From an uncultured Bacillota bacterium (GTDB lineage: Bacteria > Bacillota > DTU025 > MWDF01): DNA of 64,000 nt. The DNA lies in NCBI GenBank assembly GCA_963823655.1, contig CAWGMK010000004.1, positions 87,550-151,549 of the forward strand, in the 5' to 3' direction. Every line of letters begins with the position of its first letter. Within the stretch, counting starts at the first letter, position 1. Both the position numbers and the translations under genes were made by a program. Under the pieces are notes generated by a model, which worked only from the letters and a program-made list of their open reading frames with translations, searched no databases and was not told where the DNA came from. This document shows positions 1-10,546 of the stretch, piece after piece.

Positions 1-1321
1 TATGCCCTCGATTACCTTCTCGGCCTGGTTGAGTATGTTCAGGGAGAACGCAGCGTCGTGCGACTGCTTGTCGCGGAATGTGACGGGCTTCAAGGCCCAC
101 CTCGTCAGTGAACAGGAAGCCCAGCATATCAGGCGCTTCGGTAAGCCTTGTTATCCTGTCGTGGATCTGCGTCGTCGCCTCTTCCAGGAACTTTCTGTCG
201 TACTTGTGGCCTGCGCAAACCGGAACCGCCTCGCATCCTAACAGGTCCGGCTTATGGCGCCCGTTCCAGCACTGAGGAAGCAGCCCTGCGTCCTTGATGA
301 ATGGCAGTATGCGGTCCGCAAGCTCGGGCACAGACATCTTCCTTATGTACTCGCCGTTGAACCAGTCCAGCTTCTTGATGTCGAATATCGCGTCCGACTT
401 GGACAGGTTCTCCAGGCTGAATGCCTCCACAAGCTCGTCCATGCTAAACATCTCGCGCTCGGTGCCGGGGTTCCAGCCCAGAAGCGCCAGGAAGTTTACA
501 AGCGCTTCAGGGAGATAGCCCATCTGCCTGAACTCGCCGATGTAGACGGCGCCTGCCCTCTTGGAAATCTTCGTGCGGTCGGGGTTTAGCATGAGTGTGA
601 GATGCCCGAACTTGGGCGCCTTCCATCCCATTAAATCATATATGACCAGCTGGTCGAATGTGTTTGTCAGGTGCTCTACCGCCCTCATCACGTGCGTCAT
701 GTCCATGAGGTGCTCATCGACGACTGTGGCGAAGTTGTAGACCGGAGAGCCGTCGGATTTGACTATGACGAAGTCTCCGCGCTCTCCCATGTCCTTGACC
801 TGGTGCTCGCGCAGTATGTCGTCGAATTCGTAGACTTTGGCGGGCACCCTTACTCTTATGACGGGCTTCCTGCCTTCTGCCTCGAAGCCTTGCCTCTGCT
901 CTTCGGTGAGGTGGGCGCATTTGCCGTAGTAGCGAGGCGGCTTGCCCGCTGCCATCGCGTCCTCGCGCTCTTTATCCAGCTCCTCTTTCGAGCAGTAGCA
1001 CTTGTAGGCGTGATCCCTGGAAATGAGGTCGTCTACAACCTTCTTGTAGGTGTCTTCGCTTTCCATCTGCCTGTAGGGGGCGTAAGGCCCACCCACATCC
1101 GGGCCCTCATCCCATCTTATACCCAGCCAACGCAGGCCCTCCAGCACGCCTTCCTCGGATTCCTTCGTGCTTCTGGAAAGGTCCGTGTTGTCTATCCTCA
1201 TAACGAACTTGCCGCCCATTTTCCTGGCGTAGAGCATATTGTACAGAGCGGTCCTGGCGGTGCCCACATGGCAGTTGCCAGTGGGGCTCGGGGCGATTCT
1301 CACCCTTACTGCCTCGGTCAT
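1..1321 (-). CDS. gltX: Glutamate--tRNA ligase, 3' end runs off the window
   Basis: Manual minus-strand translation from ATG at 1321: MTEAVRVRIAPSPTGNCHVGTARTALYN (HIGH-like), CYC...YYGKCAH zinc motif, KISKR (KMSKS-like), GYLPEALVNFLALLGW. Missing from the ORF track, consistent with no stop inside the window. Confidence 0.95.
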   Translation of the reverse strand, partial: MTEAVRVRIAPSPTGNCHVGTARTALYNMLYARKMGGKFVMRIDNTDLSRSTKESEEGVLEGLRWLGIRWDEGPDVGGPYAPYRQMESEDTYKKVVDDLISRDHAYKCYCSKEELDKEREDAMAAGKPPRYYGKCAHLTEEQRQGFEAEGRKPVIRVRVPAKVYEFDDILREHQVKDMGERGDFVIVKSDGSPVYNFATVVDEHLMDMTHVMRAVEHLTNTFDQLVIYDLMGWKAPKFGHLTLMLNPDRTKISKRAGAVYIGEFRQMGYLPEALVNFLALLGWNPGTEREMFSMDELVEAFSLENLSKSDAIFDIKKLDWFNGEYIRKMSVPELADRILPFIKDAGLLPQCWNGRHKPDLLGCEAVPVCAGHKYDRKFLEEATTQIHDRITRLTEAPDMLGFLFTDEVGLEARHIPRQAVARRCVLPEHTQPGREGNRGH

Positions 1322-1519
1322 ATCCATCCCTCCTGTGCGCACCCCAAAAAAGGCGCGCCTATGTGCAGGTCCTAACTAAATTATTTTACCATAGCTACGG
1401 GCTGTTTGACTTGACGTGGGAATGAAAATGGGAACATCGACGGCCCCTTTTGGCGCAGCTTAAGGCATTTGGTCAACAGATGCTATAATTATTCTATTAT
1501 GCCTTCTAAGGAGGACCAC

Positions 1520-2047
1520 ATGGAAGCATTCGATGCGATTCTGACAAGGCGAAGCATCAGGAAGTACAAACCGGTGAAGGTGTCGGATGAAAATGTCAAG
1601 AAGCTGCTGGAGTGCGGTTTCGCAGCGCCTACGGCCAGGAACAAGAGGCCTTTACATTTTCTAGTAATCGAGGACAGGGGCCAGCTTATCGCGCTTGGCG
1701 CAATGCATGTCTTCACCGCGATGGTCGCCCAGTCCGCGCTGTCCATACTCGTGTGCGGGGATCTGGGCCTTGAGGACAGAAGGCAGTTTCTGGACCAGGA
1801 CGGCTCGGCCGCGACGCAGAACATCCTGCTGGGAGCGCATGCTATGGGCCTTGGGGCGGTATGGTGCGGCGTACCGAAGGACGGCGAGCGCGAGATAGCC
1901 ATAAGGGGCATCTGCGGCTTGCCTGAAAACATTGTGCCGGTATCGCTTGTGGCAATCGGCGTGCCTGATGAGAAGAAGGATGCGCCTGACAGGTATGACG
2001 GCACAAGGGTGAGGCAGACCGCTGGTAACGGTATAACATTGGCATAA
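1520..2047 (+). CDS. Nitroreductase family protein
   Basis: MEAFDAILTRRSIRKY, AAPTARN, QNILLGAHAMGLGAVW motifs; AAGGAGG RBS upstream of ATG 1520. Confidence 0.92.
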   Translation: MEAFDAILTRRSIRKYKPVKVSDENVKKLLECGFAAPTARNKRPLHFLVIEDRGQLIALGAMHVFTAMVAQSALSILVCGDLGLEDRRQFLDQDGSAATQNILLGAHAMGLGAVWCGVPKDGEREIAIRGICGLPENIVPVSLVAIGVPDEKKDAPDRYDGTRVRQTAGNGITLA

Positions 2048-2074
2048 CTTGGCAATCATCCACGGAAGGGACTA

Positions 2075-2788
2075 ATGATGGATACGATACTATTCGACTT
2101 GGACGGCAGCTTGCTGCCCATGGATCAGGACGCCTTCGTCAAAGCATATTTCAAGCAGCTGGCATTGAAGCTCTCCCATTACGGCCACACTCCGGAGAAG
2201 CTGATAAAGGGCGTTTTATACGGTACGGATGCGATGTTGGCAAACGACGGCTCCATGACCAACGAGGCGAGGTTCTGGATTGCCTTTGAGCAGGTTATGG
2301 GAGATGGAATACGCTCGCAGGAGGGCCATTTCGAGGACTTCTACCGAAACGAGTTCAACGGTGTGAAGGAACACACCCAGCCTTCGCTGCTTGCCGACCT
2401 GATCATCAAGTCCGCAAAGCGGAAAGGCTACCAGCTGGTGCTTGCCACAAACCCCATATTCCCCCAAGTGGGCACATACGCCCGCATGGGATGGGCGGGG
2501 CTTGACCCTTCGGATTTCTCGCTGGTTACGACTTATGAGGCATTTTGCAGCTGCAAGCCCAATCTCGCCTACTACCGCGAGGTGCTGGCCAAGATTGGCT
2601 CACAGGCTGCTAACTGCCTGATGATAGGCAATGACGTCAAGGAGGATATGTGCGCCGCCGAAATTGGCATGGACGTATTCCTGCTCACCGATTGCCTAAT
2701 CAACAAGGAGGGCAAGGATACCTCAGCTTACAGGAGCGGAAGCATGGCGGACCTGTTTGATTTCATCGAAGCGCTGCCTCAGCTTTAG
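2075..2788 (+). CDS. HAD-superfamily hydrolase
   Basis: FDLDGSL motif I, LATNP, CKP, MIGNDVKED motif IV. Confidence 0.9.
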   Translation: MMDTILFDLDGSLLPMDQDAFVKAYFKQLALKLSHYGHTPEKLIKGVLYGTDAMLANDGSMTNEARFWIAFEQVMGDGIRSQEGHFEDFYRNEFNGVKEHTQPSLLADLIIKSAKRKGYQLVLATNPIFPQVGTYARMGWAGLDPSDFSLVTTYEAFCSCKPNLAYYREVLAKIGSQAANCLMIGNDVKEDMCAAEIGMDVFLLTDCLINKEGKDTSAYRSGSMADLFDFIEALPQL

Positions 2789-2793
2789 CCCTT

Positions 2794-3909
2794 CTAAAGC
2801 TTCACGCTGATCAGCTCGTCCGAATCCAGGACGAGGATTCCGCCCGGGACGCTGAATATGTCCACATTCCCGTTTGCCCCGGGTACGCTTATCTTCGCTT
2901 TTTCGGATAAGGTCATCCCCAAGAATGGATGATCCCATCCTCCACCGGCACATAGAACCCGCCCGGCGCCTTTATGGGCTTGCCTGTAGCCTTCTCGGAC
3001 AAACGCCCGCTAAGCTTGACCTTGCCTGATTTTGCGTCTATAAGGCTAAGCCCGGTGCGATCCTCTTCTATTAGCAGCAAGGCCCCATCATTGCCCAAAA
3101 CCAGGAATGACGGCAGCTTCGATTGCAATCTCCAGGCAACGTCGTTGGGCTTCTCTGTCGACCATGACAGAAGCCCTGCATTGGCGTCCGCTAGGACCAC
3201 CTGATCGGGGCCAGTCACGACCGCAAATTCAATATTGATGTCCGGTATCGGGGGCTTTGGCATGACGTGGTTCAAGTAGCTTACGACTGAGCCATCTGCG
3301 AGGCTTACCAGGTTAATGAACTCGAAGCCGATTGTAACGTCTGTTTCGAACATCCTTATCATTTTGCCTATGGTTAGTACTTTGTCCTGATCCATGAATT
3401 CCAGGAACCGAACCGGCCCCGGCCTTACGGGAAATCAGGTAGAGCAGTCATAGGATGGGGTTGTCTGATTCTCGGGGTAGTGCTCCCACAGAAGCTCCCC
3501 ATCGCCGCTGAAGGCCTGCGTTCCGTATCCGGTGCCCATTATTATCGCCCCGTCCGGCGTTGGCATTATGGAATAAATCTGAGCGTTCGCCTCGAACGCA
3601 CACTCCAGTCAGCCATCTACTCCCAGTTTCGTAAGTTGTGACCCGTATGCCGCGAATACCTCGCCTTTGGGGCCGAATGCCAAAAGCTCCACATCGGCCG
3701 GGGCCTCCCAGTACCACGACTCCTGCCCGTCCTTGCCGATTGCGATCACCTCGGCGTCTGTTCCCACTACGACGGAGCCGTCGCCAGAGACCGCAATGCA
3801 GTTGGCCTCGACCTTATATCTCCAGCTTATCGAGGCTGCTTCGGCGGCTGCAGTCAGCGCTTGCCGCGAATACAAGCAGCATAATCGCTGCAATCATAAG
3901 TCTTTTCAA
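2794..3909 (-). CDS. Secreted beta-propeller (PQQ/BamB-like) protein, split by several indels
   Basis: Signal-peptide-like start (TTG 3909, GGAGG RBS). Fragments 3609-3893, 2913-3395 and a tail to TAG 2794 show repeated W-x-Y/W..DG blade-like motifs. Confidence 0.5.
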
Positions 3910-4005
3910 AATGCGGCTCACCTCCGTTCCTACAACGATGCTTTTATACCGAGATATTACTTTATCGCTGACCCTTTCTCAACTATAGCCCATGCTTTAC
4001 GGATA

Positions 4006-5289
4006 TCAGGACTTGGCGCCTTCTGCGTTGTTGATTTTCCTCGCGTTCTCCTCGATGTTCATGATCTGGGGAATCGACGCTACCAGCAGGCTTAGCAAAA
4101 TGCATATGGCACCTGCCATCACATACCATATCCGGTTTCCGAACGCATCCGATACCGGACCGGCGATCAAAAGGCTCAAAGGCATCATGGCAGCCGCCCC
4201 CGCGTTGATTATCGAGAAGACGCGCCCCTGCATGTCCTGATTCACAGTTGATTGTATGATGGCGATAACCGGACCGTTGCAGAATACCTGCATGAAACCT
4301 GTAATGAAGCAGCCCGCCAGAAGCCCCATATACAATGACACCGGCGATAGCCCCATGAGCATGACGCCGACTCCCATGCCAAGCAAACCAAGCAATGTCG
4401 TCCTTATCCTCTTCTTGAAGCCGCCCCAGGCAGAAAGTATCGCACCTCCCACAATTGCGCCGATTCCCATCGCAGTCTCCGTCCACGCAAGCTCGATTGC
4501 CCCCAGCCCGAAGTCCTTCGTAACCAGCAGCGGCATTAGCGAACCGACGGGGGCGAACAGGAAGTTCAACAGCATCGCGAACATGATGAGCCCAAGAAGA
4601 CCCGACCAGCTGCGGATGTACTTCAGGCCTTCAAACAAGTCATGGAAGTATGTCGTGCGCGCAACATCCCCGCGCATCTGCGCAACCTGGCGCGGAGGCG
4701 ACGGTATCTGCACGACTAATAATGTGAGCACTGCGAAGAACGCGGTGCCGAGGTCTATGGCAAGGACTCCTTGCGTCGGCAGCACCATGATGAGAAGTGC
4801 GCCCAGCGGCGGGGCGATTATCGCCATGATCCCCTGCAGGGCCTGGTTGAGGCCCCCTACCCTGGTAAGATGCCTCTCGGGTACAAGAAGGCTCGTGGAC
4901 GCTATCATCGCCGGCTGATGGAAAGCGCCTCCAAGAGAGCGGATCATGAGGATGATGAACACATGCCATATCTGCACGGCATCGAGCATGAACAGGATCA
5001 TGAGCACACCGGTGGCAACGGCCACGGACGTGTCGGCGACTATCATTATCATGCGCCTGTTAAGCCTGTCTACAAGCGGGCCTATGAAGGGCGCAGCCAC
5101 TATCTGGGGAAGCACCGCCATTATCGTTGCCGTCGCCAATACTGTCGCAGAGCCCGTCTTCTGGGTCAGCCACCACACCAGGGCGAACTGGACCAGGGAT
5201 GAGCCCAAAAGCGAAAGCGCCTGGCCGATCCAAATGAGGAAAAACCTGCCCGCCCACCGTTCGTCCGGAATACCCTGCCCTATGCTCAT
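4006..5289 (-). CDS. MFS efflux transporter (DHA3/MefA-like)
   Basis: FFLIWIGQALSLLGSSLVQFALVWWLT, GPLVDRLNRR, QGRVFS; about 12 hydrophobic segments. Confidence 0.9.
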   Translation of the reverse strand: MSIGQGIPDERWAGRFFLIWIGQALSLLGSSLVQFALVWWLTQKTGSATVLATATIMAVLPQIVAAPFIGPLVDRLNRRMIMIVADTSVAVATGVLMILFMLDAVQIWHVFIILMIRSLGGAFHQPAMIASTSLLVPERHLTRVGGLNQALQGIMAIIAPPLGALLIMVLPTQGVLAIDLGTAFFAVLTLLVVQIPSPPRQVAQMRGDVARTTYFHDLFEGLKYIRSWSGLLGLIMFAMLLNFLFAPVGSLMPLLVTKDFGLGAIELAWTETAMGIGAIVGGAILSAWGGFKKRIRTTLLGLLGMGVGVMLMGLSPVSLYMGLLAGCFITGFMQVFCNGPVIAIIQSTVNQDMQGRVFSIINAGAAAMMPLSLLIAGPVSDAFGNRIWYVMAGAICILLSLLVASIPQIMNIEENARKINNAEGAKS

Positions 5290-5341
5290 CTGCGGCTCTC
5301 CTTTTCGATAAGGCATTCTTCTACAAAGCTTGCAGCCTGCC

Positions 5342-5725
5342 CTAGGAAATCCTGTCCGCTAACGCCTCTTTTAATTTCGGGTCGATATCCAGAATTCCTT
5401 TAACCCTTATGGATTCGATCACTTCCCTGGCAAGACCCGGCTCTATATCCCGGGCAAGGCGCAGCAGCCCGATAATAGTCAGCTTCAGGCGCTCGTTTCT
5501 CGCCTTGTAGCCTTCAAGCTCGGCTTTTGAGTACACAAGCACACCGACTACAAATGATGAGCGGCGTATCGCCTGCTGCAGCTCCATGTCATGCCGTTCC
5601 AGCTGATTGCGTATCGCGGTCCTTATGAAGTCCGTGCGGTTGGAGTAAAGGGCCTCCTGGACAAGAAGGTCCACTTTGCCAAGGTCCACCGCCGACATAT
5701 TGATAGTTACTTTCTCAGTATCCAT
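5342..5725 (-). CDS. CopG/ribbon-helix-helix transcriptional regulator
   Basis: EKVTINMSAVDLGKVDLLVQEALYSNRTDFIRTAIRNQL has an RHH pattern. Confidence 0.8.
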   Translation of the reverse strand: MDTEKVTINMSAVDLGKVDLLVQEALYSNRTDFIRTAIRNQLERHDMELQQAIRRSSFVVGVLVYSKAELEGYKARNERLKLTIIGLLRLARDIEPGLAREVIESIRVKGILDIDPKLKEALADRIS

Positions 5726-5986
5726 GGGTTTCCCTCCGCGATGTAAATGCTAAAATAACATCCATATACCATCCACATGGCTGATATTCTCATGAATATC
5801 CCGTTATGTCAAGCGTCGCAAATGCAAGCCCAAGTGACGGCTTCAATACCATAAAGGACCATTGCAAAGCCGCATAACCGGCAAAATGCCCTATCCTATG
5901 GATTTTCCTGCCATATTGCGTCCATTTTAGAGGAGTTCTTGTAAAACGTGTCCAATTGGTATTTAGTACAGGAAAGGAGCATATGC

Positions 5987-6637
5987 ATGAAGCTTACTCG
6001 TATAGCATTGGCAGCGCTGTTAGTACTGGTTGCGTTGTTATCTGCAGGCTGCATGAAGACATGGTCATTAGACTTCACCAATAATACGGGCGGTTGGAAT
6101 TCCCTAATAGGTTGGGAAGACCCCGGAATCAACTCGTGCGGCGATTACGGCCTGCTCCTAAGCGGCGTAACCTTGATGGGAAACTACGGTTTCACAGGCA
6201 ATGTCGAATACTCTGTGACTTTCGATCTTGATGTGGCGCCCGGCAACGAGTTGGAAAAGTTTGAGATCTACCTGGGAAACGGGACTGACCCCGCGGCGCA
6301 GTTTCTCAAGGTGAAATTCGAACAGGTGGGCAACAGCTCCAGCGAGTACTATGCCATGTTCGACAACGGCACTAAGATCCACGATGCCATCTATATCCCG
6401 GGAACAGTCTATAGCGGAAGCAATACCGTCAAGATCGTGGTGGAGGAGGGCTTTGTGTCCTTCTACATGAACAACGCGGTGCTTTATGAGGACTACGCTA
6501 TCGGCAATTACTCTGCCCCGTTCCTGGTTCCATACGTGTTCGTCCAGCAGGGCTCCCCTGAGGAAGATGAGGAGCTGCTGATGCTCAAGAGCCTGAAAGT
6601 GAAATATTCGGGAGATAAGCAGAGCATGTTCACCTAA
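5987..6637 (+). CDS. Lipoprotein of unknown function (beta-rich)
   Basis: MKLTRIALAALLVLVALLSAGC lipobox; AAGGAG RBS; resembles the two genes at 17.3-18.9 kb. Confidence 0.75.
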   Translation: MKLTRIALAALLVLVALLSAGCMKTWSLDFTNNTGGWNSLIGWEDPGINSCGDYGLLLSGVTLMGNYGFTGNVEYSVTFDLDVAPGNELEKFEIYLGNGTDPAAQFLKVKFEQVGNSSSEYYAMFDNGTKIHDAIYIPGTVYSGSNTVKIVVEEGFVSFYMNNAVLYEDYAIGNYSAPFLVPYVFVQQGSPEEDEELLMLKSLKVKYSGDKQSMFT

Positions 6638-6669
6638 CAAGAGCGCAAAACAAGCATTCCTCCTTCAGC

Positions 6670-6699
6670 ACAAAGCCGGCCCTTAAAAGGCCGGCTTTG
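6670..6699. terminator. Bidirectional intrinsic terminator
   Basis: CAAAGCCGGCC...GGCCGGCTTTG hairpin between convergent genes. Confidence 0.8.
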
Positions 6700-6726
6700 C
6701 AATACAGTATGGTATCAGGCTTATCT

Positions 6727-8073
6727 CTAGTGGTCAGTGGACCCTGTGAAGTTGAACTTGGCGACCTTTATTGCCGGCACCATATACCCGCTTGGTATGT
6801 TGGAATTGCCGCCGTACAGCTTCCTCTTTGAGCTGATGAGCTCTACGCTTCTGAACACGCCGTCCAGTATGGAATCCGTGAAGCGCAGGTTCCTGAGCGG
6901 CTTCGTGATGACGCCGTTTTCAATGAGGAAAGTGCCGTCCTTGGTCATGCCTGTGAACATCGTCTTTATCGGATGTATCGGGTTCACATAGTGGAACCTC
7001 GTAACATATATGCCCCTCTTGGTGGCCTTTATCATCGATTCGATGTCGGAATTGCCCCCAGCGAGCCTCAGGTGCATGGCCTGGTTTGCGAACATCACGC
7101 CCGGCGGCATCGCATGTCCCGTCGACTTGGTGCCCGCAAGCATTGCCGAAGACGAGTCGAACAGCATCCCTGCCATAACCCCGTCTTTAATGATCTGCAC
7201 CCTTTCGCGCGGCGTTCCCTCATAGTCGAAGGGCATCTGTATCGTGTCCGATTCCAGCCCGTCATCCTCGATGCTTATAAGCGGGCTGGTCACCTGCTGG
7301 CCCATGCGCCCTGACGCGAAGCTCTTGCCCTCGTAGTAGCTCATGCCGTTTATGCCGCACATCGCAAGTACGTTTAGCATCGTGTCAACCGCGTTCGACT
7401 CGAATACCACTTCATACTCGCCCGCCTCTATTGGCTGCGGGTTTGCGCTTCTTACGCACTTGTCCACCGCAGTGCCTGCGACTGCCGCGAAATCCAGGTC
7501 CTTCACATCAACCGAGACCTGGTCGCTGAGGCCCGTGCCGCCTGCGGCGCTCATCGCAACGACCTTGTAGTAGGCGGCAGTGCCCAGATTGTAAGCAAGC
7601 ACCCCTTTGGTGTTCGCAACCAGCGTACCCGTCTCAGCGGCCCTCACGGTCCCGCTTGCAATGACTCCCGCGGCATCAGCCTTGCTTATCGCGACTCCCG
7701 CCGCCTCCGCTATGTCATAAGGCGAGAACTTCGCAGTAGATTCCCTGTATGAGTCCACCTTCTTGTACTCTGACGGCCCGGGCATCCCCGCATAGCTTGG
7801 GCTGTCCGGCAGCTCGCTGGCGATCGCGTTCGCCCTAACAAGCGCCGATTGCAGGTCCTCGAGGTGGTTGGTCCTTACGACGCCCACCTTCTTGCCCCTT
7901 GCCACCCTTATGGTGAAGTCTGTGTTGGACAGCACGCTGTTCTGGTGGATTTCGGAGTTGGAGAAGCGCGCAAGCTTTACATCGGAGTCCACTGCGACTA
8001 CATCGACTTCAGCGCCCTTGATCCCCCTTAGGACGTCCAGGACGGCCCTTTCTATCCTTTCCCTTCCTACCAT
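6727..8073 (-). CDS. tldE: TldE/PmbA family protein
   Basis: ARFSNSEIHQN, PFDYEGTP, KSTGHA, GIYVTRFHY, TGMTKDGTFLIENG; lacks HExxH. Confidence 0.88.
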   Translation of the reverse strand: MVGRERIERAVLDVLRGIKGAEVDVVAVDSDVKLARFSNSEIHQNSVLSNTDFTIRVARGKKVGVVRTNHLEDLQSALVRANAIASELPDSPSYAGMPGPSEYKKVDSYRESTAKFSPYDIAEAAGVAISKADAAGVIASGTVRAAETGTLVANTKGVLAYNLGTAAYYKVVAMSAAGGTGLSDQVSVDVKDLDFAAVAGTAVDKCVRSANPQPIEAGEYEVVFESNAVDTMLNVLAMCGINGMSYYEGKSFASGRMGQQVTSPLISIEDDGLESDTIQMPFDYEGTPRERVQIIKDGVMAGMLFDSSSAMLAGTKSTGHAMPPGVMFANQAMHLRLAGGNSDIESMIKATKRGIYVTRFHYVNPIHPIKTMFTGMTKDGTFLIENGVITKPLRNLRFTDSILDGVFRSVELISSKRKLYGGNSNIPSGYMVPAIKVAKFNFTGSTDH

Positions 8074-9516
8074 TTGCCAACACCTACTTTCACGTTCCTG
8101 AACCTTGCGGGCGCACAGCCGTGCCCTACGTGGGCCACTTGCATGGGCTCGCCCTTTCCGCAGTTGGGAACGCCCCAAAGCACCCATTCGGACTCGTTCG
8201 CCACGCCGTCGCAGCTTCCCCAGAACTCCGGGGTCTTGCCGGTGTAGGTCGGGTTCTTGACTAATCCCGTAACCTTGCCGCCTTTGATGCGCCAGCCTAT
8301 CTCGCAGCCGAACTGGAAATTGATCCTGGTATCGTCAATGCTCCAGCTCTTGATGCCTGTCATCATCACGCCGTCCTCGGTGCCTGCTATCAGCGACTCC
8401 AGGGTCTCGTCCCCAGAGGCGAGGCAGACATTGGTCATCCTAACCATGGGAGTCTTTGACCAGCCGTCGGCCCTCATCGTGGCGTTCGACTGCTGGCCGA
8501 TCCTGCCCGCCCACTCGCGCCCGGTAAGATAGCCCACGAACTCGCCCTTTTCGACCAGCGCCGTCCTGCATGAGGGCACGCCCTCGTCGTCGTAGGCGTA
8601 TGTGCCAAGGCCCTTGGGAGTGGTGCTGCACTGGTAGAGGTTCACCTTATCGGAGCCGTAGCGGAAGCCCGAGCCCAGCTTGTCAGTCGTAAGGAAGCTA
8701 GTGCCTGCATATGCCGCCTCGGTGCCGAACACCCTGTCGAGCTCGACCGGATGCCCGCAGCTTTCATGTATCTGCAAGGCTAGCTGCTCAGGAAGCAGAA
8801 TCAGAGTCATTTCGCCTGACGGGCACTGCTCGGCCGTCAGAAGCGCCACCGCCTCCTCAGCCGCCTTGACCGCGCCCTTCTCCAGGTCCTGCTCCAGCAC
8901 ATATTCATAGCCCGCCTGGCCGAAATTGCCGCCGAAGGATCCCGGGTAGGACCTAATCTGCATATCCCCGTCGCCTATTGCGGTGCAGGATACGCTGCCT
9001 CCCGAATTCCGTGAACTCCTGCTCAATTCTCGCGCCTTCAGTCGACATGAAGAGCTTGCTCTCGGTAAGGAAGCTCAAGTTCGCCATGACGAGCTTAACC
9101 TTAGGAGACACAGCCATCGCGGCTTTTGACGCCCTTACCAGAAGGTCCACTTTATCCTTTATCGGCACTTCGAACGGGTCGGTGTGGACGGGCGCCTTCC
9201 AGTAGTGCGCCTCTCCGTGGTATTCCCCGATGAGAGCCTCGTGCTTTGTGAAAGGCTTGGCTGCCTTTGCGTATTCCACCGCCAGCTCTGCGGTCTTCGC
9301 TACTTCCTCTGCCGTGAAGATATTCGAGGCGGCGAAACCCCAGGCGCCTGCTACCAGCACCCTTATGCCGTAACCTTCGTCGTTGCCGTTGGTGATGCGT
9401 TCCAAAGAGCCGTTCCTAACTAATAACCCCTGAGTCCTCCTGCTCACTTTTCTCACGTCTGCGTAGGAGGCCCCAAGCTGGCTTGCGCGTTCCAGGGCCT
9501 TTTCCAAAAGGTACAT
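8067..9516 (-). CDS. tldD: TldD metalloprotease, one frameshift near 9000
   Basis: N-part 8953-9516 (YADVR, GYGIRVLVAGAWGFA) plus C-part with HESCGHPVELDR and NCGKGEPMQ. Confidence 0.9.
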
Positions 9517-10417
9517 CGAACCTCTCCTTTCTCGACTTGCGGTAATCTCCGTACTGGCAGACGCCCACCGCCGCCAGGATCAGGAATGCCCCGGTCCACT
9601 GCTTGAAGCTCAAAGCTTCCCCCAGCAGCAGCCAGGCGAACAGCACGCCTACTATCGGTTCCGTCTGCATTATAATCGCGGCCCTTACTGCGGGCACGTA
9701 TCTTTGGGCAATCGTCTGCACCAGGAAACAGACTGCCGTCGCCATTATCCCCAGGTACAGGATTATCAGCCACGTGCTGGTTGTGAAATCCTTGATCTGC
9801 CCGAGCTTGGGGGCAGAAGTTGCCAGCGCAAGCAAGCCGATCCAGATGAACTGCGCCATCGAAAGGAGCATGCCGTTGAGCCTTGGCGAATACTTTTCCA
9901 GAAGCACTATCTGGAAGCCGAAGCACAGAGCGCAGGCAAGCACGTACATGTCGCCAATGGACGGCAGCTGCCAGCCGTTCAAAGACAGCAGGCCGAGGCC
10001 GATCACAGCAATGCCTACTCCCACCCACGAATACCATTCCGGGTTCTTCTTCAATATGTAAGGGGAGAGCATCGGAGTGAATACTACCGCAAGGCCTGTA
10101 ATAAAGCCGGTTTTGGAGGCGGTGGTAAGGCTAAGGCCGATGGTCTGCATGACGAAGCCCATGTAGATGAATATGCCAAGAACTGCTGCCGATCTCCAGG
10201 TCTCGCCGCCCATATGCTTGAGAAGGCCCCTCCTCCAGCAGACGAAGGTGACAATGATTGCCGCGATTATCATCCTGAGGGCGATTAGGAGTACGGGATC
10301 TACGGTCTTCACGGTGTTCTTGACAATGGCAAATGTCGTCCCCCAGATGATGCAAATCATCACGAGGGCCAGGTCCGCCGCCAGATTCCTCTTGGTGAAA
10401 TCGGACTTGCCTTCCAT
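9500..10417 (-). CDS. DMT/EamA family transporter (3' end approximate)
   Basis: IWGTTF, QTIGLSLTTASKTGFITGL, AQRYVPAVRAAII..EP; the ORF tail overlapping tldD is probably an indel artefact. Confidence 0.88.
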
Positions 10418-10546
10418 GTCGAAAACCCGCAATCCAAAAAGATAGTAAGAACATTCTAACAGTTAGATGTTACGGGCGTAACCCCTTGCGGGCGATTTTA
10501 TGCACTCGTGTATATTCCTTGGCCGAAACCCTCCGTAGCCCCGCCC

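Noticed and set aside
254-1375. Plus-strand ORFs at 254-589 and 671-1375 and many similar antisense ORFs
   Set aside because: They are shadows of gltX and other real genes on the opposite strand.
1322-1500. T-box leader for gltX
   Set aside because: The intergenic region is short, shared with a divergent gene, and shows no T-box consensus or terminator.
9416-9516. 100-bp same-strand overlap between the EamA gene and tldD
   Set aside because: The hydrophilic tail beyond the last TM helix looks like read-through from a lost stop caused by an indel.
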